A stretch of 63,764 nucleotides of DNA, the filler included, from Octopus bimaculoides (taxonomy: Eukaryota): assembly GCF_001194135.2 (NCBI RefSeq). It is 4 parts of 4 records of this genome, joined end to end, with 100 filler letters (N's around TTAATTAATTAA, not from the genome) between each part and the next. Parts side by side here need not be neighbours in the genome. Positions count along the whole stretch, not along the records: positions 1 to 21,159 come from NC_068995.1; positions 21,260 to 51,635 come from NC_068996.1; 2 more parts are not named here. One strand, written 5' to 3'. Shown here in pieces: positions 13,825-26,564 of this stretch. A program made the position numbers and the translations under genes. The number at the start of each line of letters is the position of its first letter. Positions within the stretch are counted from its first letter, which is position 1. Below the pieces are notes generated by a model. The model did not search any database and had not been told where the DNA came from. It saw only the letters and a program-made list of their open reading frames with translations.

Positions 13825-14625
13825 CATATCAGATGAAGCTACATATCAGGTGGGGTACATATGGTGCCTGGATGTCTAGACGAAGCCAGCAATGCTATCA
13901 CATAACACCTGGGGATGGAAAAATAATGAGTATGACACATTCACAATTCACTGGACTGAACTACAATCCATAGCAGAACAATGCCAAGCACTTCAAAAGT
14001 GCCAATGCAAAACTGAGTGTGCAGGAAGTTGCACATGAAAGAAGTCAGCCCTTCCTTGTACTCCCCATTGTGTCTGTCCATCCATTTAATTGGTGATGAA
14101 ACCTGTATAACCTGAATTCGTGAAGAAGGTAATAGGAAAATCCTTCAAAACTCAAATATAAGGTTCTTTGTGTAAAATATTATAATAAACCTTATTTCCT
14201 GTTCATCGCAACTATTAGCTTTTATTGTTGCACACCATCTTGTATTTTTGCTGCCATTTTCGATTTTCACATTGGCAATCATGCCTTTTTTAAAGTGCAT
14301 GCTTTATACTATAGGTGTGCCAGATTGCATATTTGTATTACCGTTTGGAGGATTTTACTTCTATCTTCTTCACTATGACTGTAGTATAGGAAGAATAGTA
14401 CCATATATTAATTACAAGGAATATCATATCCTCACAGTAAGCTAAACAGTGATCTTTCAACCTGAATCTGAGTTGCCCCAGAACAATGCATATATATTTC
14501 AATGGGAAATAATTTTAAAAAAATTTACTACAAAGTTGAAATTTGGGTAGCTACAATCCATCAAATTATGCACTCTCATTATTCATGCTCTGTGCACGGA
14601 CGTGCCTCTCTAAAGCTGAGCCCTA
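13825..14625 (+). mobile_element. AcademX-like DNA transposon, 3' remnant (Cys8 finger and right end)
   Basis: 13825-14089 translates HIR*ATYQVGYIW..P..WGW..HWTELQSIAEQCQALQKCQCKTECAGSCT*KKSALPCTPHCVC. The segment ends in GAGCCCTA, consistent with Academ TAG...CTA ends. Confidence 0.65.
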
Positions 14626-14789
14626 TATACATTCTATGTTTTCCTCTTCTCTCCATTTTCGTGAACAGCCCATCAAAAGGAGAAGCACAGTACAAGGCAA
14701 TGTAATGTGTTTTATTAAATATATACCTGCATAAAAACTTACGTACATAAATGCATACATACACACATACGCTTACACACACACACATA

Positions 14790-15290
14790 TAGGTGTGACT
14801 GTGTGGTAGGTAGCTCGTTAACCAACCATACGGTTCCGGGTTAAGCCAACTGCGTGGCACCGTGAGCAGGTGTCTTCTACTACAGCCTCTCGCTAACCAA
14901 AGCCGTGTAAGTGGATTTGGCAGATGGAAACTGAAAGAAGCGTGTCGTATATANNNNNNNNNNGTGAGCAGGTGTCTTCTACTATAGCCTCTCGCTAACC
15001 AAAGCCGTGTAAGTGGATTTGGCAGATGGAAACTGAAAGAAGCGTGTCGTATATACAAATATAAATATATAAATATGTGTGTGTATATGTTTGTGTGTCT
15101 CTGCTTGTCACCCCCATTATCGTTTAAAAAACGATGTTGGGTTTTTTATATGCCTATAACTTAGCAGTTCGGCAAAAGATACCGATAGAATAAGTACTAG
15201 GCTTAAAACGAATAAGTCCGGAGATCGATTTGTTCGACAAAAGGCGGTGCTCCAGCATGGCTGTAGTCAAATAACTGAAACAAATAAAAT
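14790..15290 (+). mobile_element. SINE family A, head + internal (TA/TG)n + tail, with an assembly-duplicated middle
   Basis: Head GGTGTGACTGTGTGGTAGGTAGCTCG...; tail ...TAACTTAGCAGTTCGGCAAAAGATACCGATAGAATAAGTAC...CAGCATGGCTGTAGTCAAATAACTGAAACAA. Confidence 0.85.
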
Positions 15291-15506
15291 AATAAATGAA
15301 TATATATATACATACACACACAAACATTTCTGAAATTGTTTTGCAAGATTCCTGATTAAAAACAGTGTTGAACCAGATTTTGTTGCATTTGATTTTTTTT
15401 TTTTTTTTTACTTATTTTATCAAATAGTGCGTGCGTTTATTTGGCAAAAAAGAAAAATGACCATTCAGAAAAGCAAGAAGATGTATATATATACATACAT
15501 TCATGC

Positions 15507-15553
<47 letters not shown>

Positions 15554-16286
15554 TGTAAACAAAAATACATATTTATACACAATGCACACAATCACACACA
15601 CACACGCACGCACACATACACACACACACACACACACCCCCCACACATATATATATATATATATAAATATATATATATATACGTATATATGTATATTTTC
15701 TGAAAGATAAACACGCGTGCATATGAATTCTGGTGTGTTGGCGTACGTGGTGTTAGGTTAATATATGTGTATAATTTATGTATATGTTGCCGTTCACTTA
15801 CATAAAACGGAGAACCAATAAATTTTGATCTGATATGCAATGTCACGTGATGAACACTATCATTATTTTTAGGAATATCAGTTAATAATACTTAGTTCAT
15901 ACCAATGAATATAGTATAATGCCATGTTCACATTCACCCAAATACACACCCAAATATTTTATAGGTTTCAGTTGCTTTGGAGAAAAACAACAAATATCTT
16001 ACCACTAATCACACACGTGATATAGTACATCACAAGCCTTTCATACAAAGGAGACATTAATAAAACCACAAGAAGCAAAGAACGAAGCATGAAATGATTT
16101 ATAATGGTGTCATCGATATATAAAAGAATATATATCAGTATATAATATGATATATATTTTAGCTTCTACATTCTTGCGTCTTGCCTGACATTAGCAGGGA
16201 TGATGATATCTAACACACTTGGTGCAACCATTCGAATGGTGGAACATTATATATGTGTGTGTATGTATTCATACGTATGCATGTAC

Positions 16287-16359
<73 letters not shown>

Positions 16360-16370
16360 TGAGGAGGGTG

Positions 16371-16537
16371 CAAGGCAAAGTAATGTGTTTTATTAAATAT
16401 ATACATGCATAAAAACTTACGTCCATAAATGCATACATACACACATACGCTTACACACACACACATATAGGTGTGACTGTGTAATAGGTAGCTTGCTAAC
16501 CAACCATACGGTTCCGGGTTAAGCCAACTGCGTGGCA
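16371..16537 (+). repeat. 167-bp direct duplication of 14693-14859 (unique flank plus SINE A head)
   Basis: Aligned by eye: same length, about 7 mismatches. Confidence 0.9.
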
Positions 16538-16604
16538 GACTCTATCCATAAAATACTTCTCCAACCTTACCATTGCTCTCTTTATCTTTTTATTTTTATA
16601 TATT

Positions 16605-16644
<40 letters not shown>

Positions 16645-19600
16645 TAGATAGATAGATAGATAGATAGATGGTGGAGGAAGACACGCATACACAATTCGCA
16701 GGCAACAATAGGAACTCTGTACAGATCAGAAAATTGAAATACACTTAAACATGAGAAAACCTCACTGTGATTGTAACAATGATAGGAAATGCATTTTTAC
16801 ATTCCGTTGATTTTCGGTGAAAACTTAGTTGTCTCTCTAAGTAACGTTCCGCTGTTTGTTGAGTTACATAAGTATTATTTGCCTTATGCTTGAATAAATA
16901 TATGAGCTGCTGCGTAAGCCACTCGTATGTTAGGCCACAGGAATTGCAGATAGCCTAGTTTTGCATAGTTTTGTTTTCTATGGTTCACGACTATGAGATG
17001 AAGTAAAATATATTAGAAGCTAAAGCAGCGTGGAGGGTTTATAAATTGTCAATACCTTTCTATTAACATGACATATGAAACCGTATTTGATAGGTCCAGT
17101 CACTGCACTATCAAAGGATTTGATATCTCTAACAGTTCTTCTTACAGGCTTGAGAAGCTCAAAACTTTAGCATGATTGTTTCTATATTTTCTGAAACATC
17201 TACAATCCATTATTATGGTTTTTGTATACATTCAGCAGGCCTTCAATTTAATGTACTTTATGTAAACACTATCACAAAAATACAGAGTAGCAAGACACGA
17301 ACCAATCGATTCGGTTAATTTTATCCTATCTGTTGTAAATTTTGTGTACGTGTTTGTCAAAATAAATTTGTATTACTTAAACGTCATCGCTTAACTACAC
17401 GACTTCTTCCTTATGAACATTAAGATTTCGTATATTGTTGACCACATATGACTTCCAATGACGCCACTGTCAGTTTCAAGTTACATGAAACAAATTAAGA
17501 CAGAAAGTATTATCTTTGATTTTATTAATGATGAATTTGGTGCACACCAATTTATAAGCTCAATCATGTTAGTATACTGTGAGTTGCAAATTGGAATATG
17601 AAATAACAACAAACGATTATTGACATTCAAAATATCATCTTTTGTATCAAATAAAAGCTAACTGCATTAGATTTGGAAATGTGTATAATAATATTATGCT
17701 CCAAACTAGATTTTATTTCCCTGCTATTAAGCATTTGAGAAGAAATTATGTTGACAAATGACATTTAGGTTTTATAATTATGCTGATTTTTCGTGACTTT
17801 TATTGTGTACAAATCAAATGAAGACTTTTTCCTTATTTTGTATGTTTCGTATTTTAATTGTTCGCTGTTAATTTCTGTTGGTTAATTTGGAGCAACACTG
17901 CTGACACGGCAATCTATGTTACGTGTTATTTAGCATGTTTGATTGGACGCAAAGTTAATGTGTATAATCAGCTATATTGAACAAAGATACTTATATATGT
18001 ATATGCACATTCACACATATACACAGAAACCCATTTGCACACACGCACACGTGCGCGCAAGCACACGCGCACACAAACACACACATACCCACACACTTAT
18101 AGTTAGAGTTGTTTAGATATATATTATGTTTTATGACTTTTTTCCTTCTCTATTGCCTACATAAAACCAAGCAATTATTTTTCAATAATTGGTAAAAACT
18201 GCTTATATATAATCTCCATTCATTGGCTTGTTTACCTAGTTTCTGCTATAAATCCCAACACAATTTATCTTCTGCTCTGGTGGTCGAAAATTTCTATTCA
18301 CTTCTGAGAATAACATATAAACAGAGATGCAAGTCTGACGAGGCCATTTCCCGTGGATTGTAAAATTCATCGTTTACTTTGTTCAGACAATACGATCGTA
18401 ATAAAGCACGCTGGCAATATAATAACCGGAATACAAAAACTAAAGCATTTCACATACACTGATTTTAGATTCCTAGAGCAAATCCCTGAATACATAACAT
18501 TGAAACAACGGTGAAATAAAGAGTAGTTATTCTTACATTTATCTGTTTGAGCTACGTCTGTGTAGAAATATCTATTTCGCATAAGCTAGTTGAATAAATA
18601 TACATATATATGTAGAAATAGGTTATATTCTAGAAACGCATAGAAAATTGATCAATGCTATAACAACATATTCAACATTCATGTAAAAAGTGAATGAAAA
18701 TATGTTTCCTTGGTTTCCGTTGGGTGGCAGCTCTATGCCATGGTTTGCTTTATTTTTGATGTCAACTTCATAGCAAATAAACATTATTATATATTATATT
18801 GTTTAGCAAAATTATTGATTTCACATGTCTCAATTTCCCTAGCTGGAAAGGTTTGCTCGACAAGTTCTCAAAAGTTCACTTGCAACAGACTAGCGTCGTA
18901 CCAAGGAGAATAATTTCCTCTTATATTCATAAAGCTACACTAACCAGAAATAAACTTTCATCATACACACATTTGTAATTCTTGAAAGGATACATTTGTT
19001 TTCGTTTCGAACTATACAATGCATAATTCCTTTTTCTAATATACTGAATTATGTTTCTAGATATCAATGAACATATAAGTTATTTTCATTTTTTATGCTT
19101 CTGTCCTGTTCATATGTATTCCATATCCACGAAATCTTTCGTAATGCAATGATAAAGAAAATCAGATGAGCATTATATATATANNNNNNNNNNNNNNNNN
19201 NNNNNNNNNNNNNNNNNNNNNNNNNNNNNNNNNNNNNNNNNNNNNNNNNNNNNNNNNNNNNNNNNNNNNNNNNNNNNNNNNNNNNNNTATTGGGAAAGTA
19301 GTGTGTCTGACTGGATACGAAGAAGAGTTACATTTTCACTGAAGTTTGTTTTAAAGTTGAATGAATATATATATTTCATTCTTCAGTATCCCAGTATCCT
19401 AGTACATATACCATATATATCAAAAGCCTGAATGCCTTACTAAAAGTTAATGTTCTTTTGTTTTTCTTTTGCATAAATTACTCTGAAATGAAAGGTTGGT
19501 CTACAGGAAGGCTAGGTAGATATAGGAACTTTATTGAAGGAAGAAACTCGTCTGGATGCTGGCATCATTTCTTCACCTTTCAAGTTTCGAAATAATTAGT

Positions 19601-19989
19601 GGACCAGCAGTCCCCTTATTTCGACGATAAAGCATAAAGCAGTCGTTTGTATTAGCCAGTCTCGATGGCAATACAAACGACTGCAACAATACCAATGTTT
19701 TCTTTTTTCTTTCTTTATTATTTGTAACTCAAGAAGCCATTTTAGCGGTAAAACACCAACACTGCAAAAAAGTTCATTACTAAAAATAAATGAATATGTG
19801 GACACCCGGATGTTAGAGTTTTTAGTCGCATTACGCGAAAACATTCTGACATTAACATTAAGTTTACAGTTTCCTATCAAAGAATGTGTTCTAAAACCAT
19901 TATAATGTAATCACACCACACAAACACACATACATCTGAACACAAACACTCACATGAACAATCAGACACTCACACTCTATTTCTGTTTC

Positions 19990-20097
<108 letters not shown>

Positions 20098-20922
20098 GAA
20101 GATCGGTGGCATAAATAAATATATTTCAGACATTTTATTAGGCTGAACGACGTCAATCTATATAAGAAATAGCAGTTAGTGAGTTTAAATAGAATCTGTT
20201 TTGTAAATCTCCGCTTTTTATTTATTTCTATGATTTAGAGACACACATGACTAGAAAAAGAAGCGAAATGCTTGGCATGATATTATTTCATACAGTTTTG
20301 TGTTTTAACTAGGGAGGCATACTATAAACGAAACATAGTTGTGTCCCCACTTGCAGTATTATTTGTACGCAATAGTGCTACGAGAATAACAACTACTCAA
20401 TTATTAAACCATGTTCTATCTTGCAACTTCAAATGGAACAAATTTGACAATATTAATTGCTTTTGTAACATTTGTGAGATTAAATAAGAAACGCTCAATT
20501 TTACTCGAACTGTCGTGAAATTACTATGAGAACAAGAACTTCAGAAACCTTTTAACGTTTTTGGCCCTGTAGAGTGTGGTAAAAATAGTTTCGTATCAAA
20601 CCACGAGGATGTTTCAACTCCTAATGTGTTACAACTGACTTCACACAATTTTGCAGTGCAGTGGAAAAAAAATAGTATTATTGAGATTAACTGCACGTTT
20701 ACAATGTGATATGTTTTCAACCTTAATGTCGAGTAGACCCAAGAATGTTGCATTCAGTTTCATAGACAAAGCTTATGCAGAAGCCCTTCGAAGGATCAAA
20801 CTATGTGTATGGGTAGTACAACCTGCTCTTGGGTACGTTTAGTGGTCGTCTAAGAAGAACGTCGGCTTGCAGGCGTCTGAAACATGGAGGCATAGAATTA
20901 TCAGGGAGGTTCAATTTACTCA

Positions 20923-21119
20923 TACTCTTTTACTTGTTTCAGTGATTTGACAGCGGCCATACTGGAGCAACGCCTTTAGTAGAGCAAATCGACCCCATAA
21001 CTTATTCTTTGGAAGCCTAGTACTTATTCTATCGGCCGCTTTTGCCGAACCGCTAAGTTACGGGGACATAAACACACCAGCATCGGTTGTCAAGCGATGT
21101 TGGGGGACAAACACAGACA
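20923..21119 (-). mobile_element. SINE family A tail half
   Basis: Reverse complement of the tail at 31630-31826; followed by (CA)n and a scaffold join. Confidence 0.9.
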
Positions 21120-21121
21120 CA

Positions 21122-21159
<38 letters not shown>

Positions 21160-21259
21160 NNNNNNNNNNNNNNNNNNNNNNNNNNNNNNNNNNNNNNNNN
21201 NNNTTAATTAATTAANNNNNNNNNNNNNNNNNNNNNNNNNNNNNNNNNNNNNNNNNNNN
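21160..21259. other. Artificial scaffold-join spacer
   Basis: Exactly 44 N + TTAATTAATTAA + 44 N; identical spacers at 51636-51735 and 61734-61833. Confidence 0.9.
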
Positions 21260-21305
<46 letters not shown>

Positions 21306-21485
21306 AAGAGTATAAAAGGGTTAAATTATCCTGGCGGGTACTGAATTATCACATAAAATGGTATAGATGCAAGCTATCCACAACAGCCCAATTGCATCGA
21401 TCTCAAGTATAAATAGAAACTGATACTTATAAGCTTCACTTGTGTAATTCCATGTTCCTATTCAGAACTGCAGATATTCCATAGA

Positions 21486-22152
21486 GTATATAACTGAAAA
21501 TCAAGAGGAGAGCGGAGATTTATTAACATCTAAATTTACTTCTATTAAAAAGTTTTCTACACCATATATAACAATGACCAACATATGTTTCTACTGCAGC
21601 AACTTACACATTGCTCTGTATGCAATTTTATCAAGGGTCCATCACTTACGACGTTTTCAAAGTGGACTAATTCAAACAAGCTTCCTGTATTGGCATTCAG
21701 TTGAAGGTAATAGCGTTACTTTTTAAATCGAATTGAATTCTGATCTTATGATCACCTCTGCTGGTATCACAGAGGAATCGTGGTTTTAAAACTGCTACAA
21801 TTAATTGTAATATAAATAAACATTTTAAAACCACGATTCAACTGTAATACCAGTAGAGGTGATCATAAGATCAGAATTCAATTCGATTTAAAAAGTAACG
21901 CTATCACCTTCAACTGAATGCCAACCCAGTAAACTTGTTTGAATGAGTTCACTTTGAAAACACCGTAAGTGATGGACCTTTGATGAAATTTCAGCGACTA
22001 GGATGCTTAATTGCATACAAAGCAATGTGCTGTTGCTGCAGTAGAAATATATGTTGGTCATTGTTATATGTGGTATAGAAAACTTTTTAATAAAAAGGTT
22101 TGGGATGTGAATAAATCTCCACCCTCCTCTCGGTTTTCAATTGTATATATAC
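21486..22152. mobile_element. Foldback / MITE-like element with ~300-bp inverted arms
   Basis: 21486-21791 is the reverse complement of 21823-22152, e.g. TTTTTAAATCGAATTGAATTCTGATCTTATGATCACCTCT versus AGAGGTGATCATAAGATCAGAATTCAATTCGATTTAAAAA. Ends are TA-rich. Confidence 0.85.
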
Positions 22153-22199
22153 ATTCGCCATGATAGATCACTGACCACTACACACATTTTTCTCTCCTT

Positions 22200-22355
22200 T
22201 TTTTCTCTCTCCTTGTTTCTCTCCTTGTTTCTTTCCGTGTTCTTTTCTGTAGAAGAGTGTAGGCTCGAAACGTTAAAGACTTTTTCAATTCCGGAGCGTT
22301 ATATTAATACATCTATTTGTTTTCAACACCACCTGTCTTTGTCTGTTGTTTTTTG
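22200..22355 (+). mobile_element. Short dispersed repeat with a hammerhead-like core, possibly derived from a Penelope pLTR
   Basis: CTGTAGAAGAGTGTAGGCTCGAAACGTTAAAGAC...TAATACATC...CACCACCTGTC; copies at 43003-43165 (minus) and 41632-41703 (3' part). Confidence 0.55.
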
Positions 22356-22788
22356 NNNNNNNNNNNNNNNNNNNNNNNNNNNNNNNNNNNNNNNNNNNNN
22401 NNNNNNNNNNNNNNNNNNNNNNNNNNNNNNNNNNNNNNNNNNNNNNNNNNNNNNNNNNNNNNNNNNNNNNNNNNNNNNNNNNNNNNNNNNNNNNNNNNNN
22501 NNNNNNNNNNNNNNNNNNNNNNNNNNNNNNNNNNNNNNNNNNNNNNNNNNNNNNNNNNNNNNNNNNNNNNNNNNNNNNNNNNNNNNNNNNNNNNNNNNNN
22601 NNNNNNNNNNNNNNNNNNNNNNNNNNNNNNNNNNNNNNNNNNNNNNNNNNNNNNNNNNNNNNNNNNNNNNNNNNNNNNNATAACCTTTTACTTGTTACAG
22701 TCATTAGACGACAGCCTTGTTGGGACTTATATAACTGTAGACGTCTTACTGTATAATAACATTTTGTAGCCAATACTTGGAGAGTATG

Positions 22789-22835
<47 letters not shown>

Positions 22836-23209
22836 TTGTTTGTGTATGTGTGTGAATGCGCGCGCAGATGTGTGAATGTACCCTTAAGCAAACATACACA
22901 CTCGTATAAGTAGTGATGCATACCCGCAGATATATCAGCATGTACATGTACATATATACATATGTAACCCCACATCTACCGCTCCTTCCTACCTCCCTCT
23001 AACCACACGACCGATATCTTGTCCACCACGCGGTCGATTTCCTGGTGTCGCTAAGTACCAACATCAATACCTTTCTCGACCAATCGTAGACTAACGTCCA
23101 GCAATAAACATTGACTCACTTCAATCAAACCCTAATTCAGACACCAATATCCGAAGACTAGCTTGAAACTCAGAGTAACAAGGATTCTGAATCAAAATGT
23201 TTTGATCTC

Positions 23210-23256
<47 letters not shown>

Positions 23257-25729
23257 NNNNNNNNNNNNNNNNNNNNNNNNNNNNNNNNNNNNNNNNNNNN
23301 NNNNNNNNNNNNNNNNNNNNNNNNNNNNNNNNNNNNNNNNNNNNNNNNNNNNNNNNNNNNNNNNNNNNNNNNNNNNNNNNNNNNNNNNNNNNNNNNNNNN
23401 NNNNNNNNNNNNNNNNNNNNNNNNNNNNNNNNNNNNNNNNNNNNNNNNNNATATATATATATATATATATAGGAATGTCGACTGTTCATATCGTTACATA
23501 AGCGTACGATGTGTCTGTCCATGGTCCAAAATACTTAGCTCTTAACAAAACAAAACAAGCAAAAAGGGACCCACTCCATCTACCTGTGAATAAGGTACCA
23601 CCAGGCGCTGGAAAGAACCTACTAATTGTTGTAAACAGCTACAGCATAGTGAAAATAAATGAGTGTTCTGCAGTGCAAAGTTCGGAGTTGCAGTAAAATT
23701 CAGTGCATCATTACTTCAGGGTGAACCTGGTAATAATTCTACTTACAAAACTGTATTTGTTCGAGGGAAAACGTGAGAGGAAAACCGTGAGGAAAATCAT
23801 GAGAGGACAACAAAGAAAAGGGAAGATAAAATGCAGCAACAATTTAAGAGAGAGGACAATATCTTTGCAAAGTAGCGAATCGGCAGCAGCATTATTAGAG
23901 CGTCGAATAGAATATCTTACGTTATTCATTACGGCTCAATGAATAACTGCAGTCAGAGTTCAAATACCATTGAAGTAAACTTTGTCTTTCATCTTTTCAG
24001 GGGTCGATAAAATAAAGTATCATTACTACATTTGACTCTTCCGTCTGTGTATGTCTCCCTCACTCTTTCTTTCTGTATGACTGTGTGTCATTTTGTCTTT
24101 CACTTCTCTTCTCATCGCTTTCTCTAGGAGAAATCAGCTGTGGTCAGACCTGGTGAGAAATAGGCTCTGTTAGATTGAAATGCTCAATGTATCTTACACG
24201 ACGGCATGTCAACGAGTCCATCTGAAGTTCAGCGCTGAAAGAGGGACTATTTTTCAAGAGTTGGGTTTAGCGTGTGAAAACTGCGGAGTATCACACTTTG
24301 AATCTGATCTTTTGCCCAAGGGTAGTGACTGAAATGCATCTGTTGCTATTTTTTGTTTTTATTTTTATTTTGTATCTGTTTTTAAGGATATCTAAATAAG
24401 TTCCTTGATAGAAATGTCGGNNNNNNNNNNNNNNNNNNNNNNNNNNNNNNNNNNNNNNNNNNNNNNNNNNNNNNNNNNNNNNNNNNNNNNNNNNNNNNNN
24501 NNNNNNNNNNNNNNNNNNNNNNNNNNNNNNNNNNNNNNNNNNNNNNNNNNNNNNNNNNNNNNNNNNNNNNNNNNNNNNNNNNNNNNNNNNNNNNNNNNNN
24601 NNNNNNNNNNNNNNNNNNNNNNNNNNNNNNNNNNNNNNNNNNNNNNNNNNNNNNNNNNNNNNNNNNNNNNNNNNNNNNNNNNNNNNNNNNNNNNNNNNNN
24701 NNNNNNNNNNNNNNNNNNNNNNNNNNNNNNNNNNNNNNNNNNNNNNNNNNNNNNNNNNNNNNNNNNNNNNNNNNNNNNNNNNNNNNNNNNNNNNNNNNNN
24801 NNNNNNNNNNNNNNNNNNNNNNNNNNNNNNNNNNNNNNNNNNNNNNNNNNNNNNNNNNNNNNNNNNNNNNNNNNNNNNNNNNNNNNNNNNNNNNNNNNNN
24901 NNNNNNNNNNNNACGATTCTGCCAGCTCACAGTTTAATATGGAAAATTATTATGGGCTATTACTTAATATGGAGAATTCATATCTTTTATCTATTATTTG
25001 GAGTGCAGCTATACTGGAACAAATCGACTCCAGCGCTTATTTTTTAAAGTCTGGTATTTTTTTTATTTTTTTTTTACTATTGATGTCATTTATCGAACCG
25101 TTAAGTTACTGAGACGAAAACAAACTAACACCGATTGTCAAGTGGTACTGCGGAACAAACACGAACTCACACGCAAGCACGTACACATACACGTACGCAT
25201 GGACACATTCGCACACACACATGTAGAACGTACTTCAACACAATTTCTGTCTACCAAATCCATTCACAAGACATTTGTGGAAGACACTTTCCCATTGTTT
25301 TATTTAATATGGAGTATTATTACAAAGTATACAGCAGGCTGGAGTGCCAAGATTCGATTCTCTATCATAGCTTAATCCAGTGTTTGTTATAGGGAAGAGT
25401 CAGGCGTCCGTGGAAGAGGGGCGTGTGTAAAAGGTAGACGGCAAACAAACTGCCATGTTGGATAACATTATGATTGTTTCCAACATTTTTCCAGCGAGGA
25501 GAAAAACGGTTGCAGAGTCTATTTTGTTTTTTCACTGATAAAGAAGGAGGGGGGGGGTAAGAAACTATCGCTAATATCTTTTTGATTGATGGTAGAGAAG
25601 GTATTAGTCAGTTTGACAACCACTGCTTGTATGCTCCATCCCTTTTACACCATTAATGTATCGGATAACTACCGTTCTCACTGCGCTAAAGTCAACGAGG
25701 ATGACGACTCGTTGATGGATACATATTGT

Positions 25730-26326
25730 GGATCTTTTTTAAAACGGGGGCCACATTTTTCATTAACGAAACACTTTGAAACTTGGATCACTGGTAGAAT
25801 GTGTCATATAAAACATCTTTTTCTCTTAGTCTTCTTAAAAAAAAAAAGAAATCCATAAATTATTCCATGTTAAAGTTGTCGTATTTCTGTAATTTCAACC
25901 AATCACTGACGTCCATTCAGCCGATATACATTAAGTGCCGACTACATAAACAAACGATTCTGAAACAATTAACCCTAACCCTAACCCTAACTCTAACCCT
26001 AACCCTAACCCTGGGGTTAGAGTTAGGGTTAGGGTTAGGGTTAGGGTTAGGGTTAAAGCAAATTTAAAATGAAAAAAGCAAATAAAACGAAGAATCGTTT
26101 GTTTATGTAGTCGGCACTTAATGTATATCGGCTGAGTGGACGTCAGTGATTGGTTGAAATTATCGAAATAAGACAATTTTTTACATGAAATAAATTCGAA
26201 TACAAAAATATTTTTCTGTTCTATAACACAAAATAGATAAGTATACGAAGTTTGAAAGTCTTTCGGTACCAAAAGCACTACGTAAAACATTAATGAAAAA
26301 TGTGGCCCCCGTTTTAAAAAAGATCC
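25730..26326. mobile_element. MITE with a perfect 37-bp TIR and 8-bp TSD (Merlin-like), carrying telomeric repeats
   Basis: TIR GGATCTTTTTTAAAACGGGGGCCACATTTTTCATTAA at 25730-25766 and its reverse complement at 26290-26326. TSD CATATTGT at 25722-25729 and 26327-26334. Inner inverted repeat 25891-25961 / 26091-26161. Confidence 0.92.
25969..26055. repeat. Telomere-type (TAACCC)7 followed by (GGGTTA)7, internal to the MITE
   Basis: Read directly; one TAACTC/GAGTTA variant in each half. Confidence 0.97.
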
Positions 26327-26564
26327 CATATTGTCATTATAGGTCATGTAGGCTACTGTATCAGTTCACGGCACAAATGATAGAGTTGTGCGAGAAGTGT
26401 TACCTTGAGATGCTCTGAGCACTAACAGACGGTAGTTGTAGAGGAGAGTCTCCGTCAAAGATAACGGGGATGTTTACAAAATACCCAAGTATGATAATAC
26501 AGTTTTACGCACCTATCACTAACAAGCATCATCACTTTAAACCGTCTATGTCGTCGTTCAGCCA

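Noticed and set aside
14862-15052. Tandem duplication of SINE A middle segment
   Set aside because: Two near-identical ~90-bp copies flank a 10-N gap, typical of unmerged contig overlap.
18335-18365. CTGACGAGGCCA...TGG hammerhead-like start
   Set aside because: No GAAA core after the stem.
24130-24319. Plus-strand exon with ATG (MLNVSYTTAC...)
   Set aside because: Good acceptor but weak donor and no recognisable product.
25395-25562. Promoter or first exon (GC box, GCCATGTTG YY1-like motif, GTAAGA donor)
   Set aside because: Only short motif matches with no linked exon; cannot be supported without CAGE or RNA data.
25969-26055. Ancient telomere-telomere chromosome fusion site
   Set aside because: A fusion gives (TTAGGG)n then (CCCTAA)n. 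Here the order is reversed and the arrays sit inside a TIR/TSD-bounded element.
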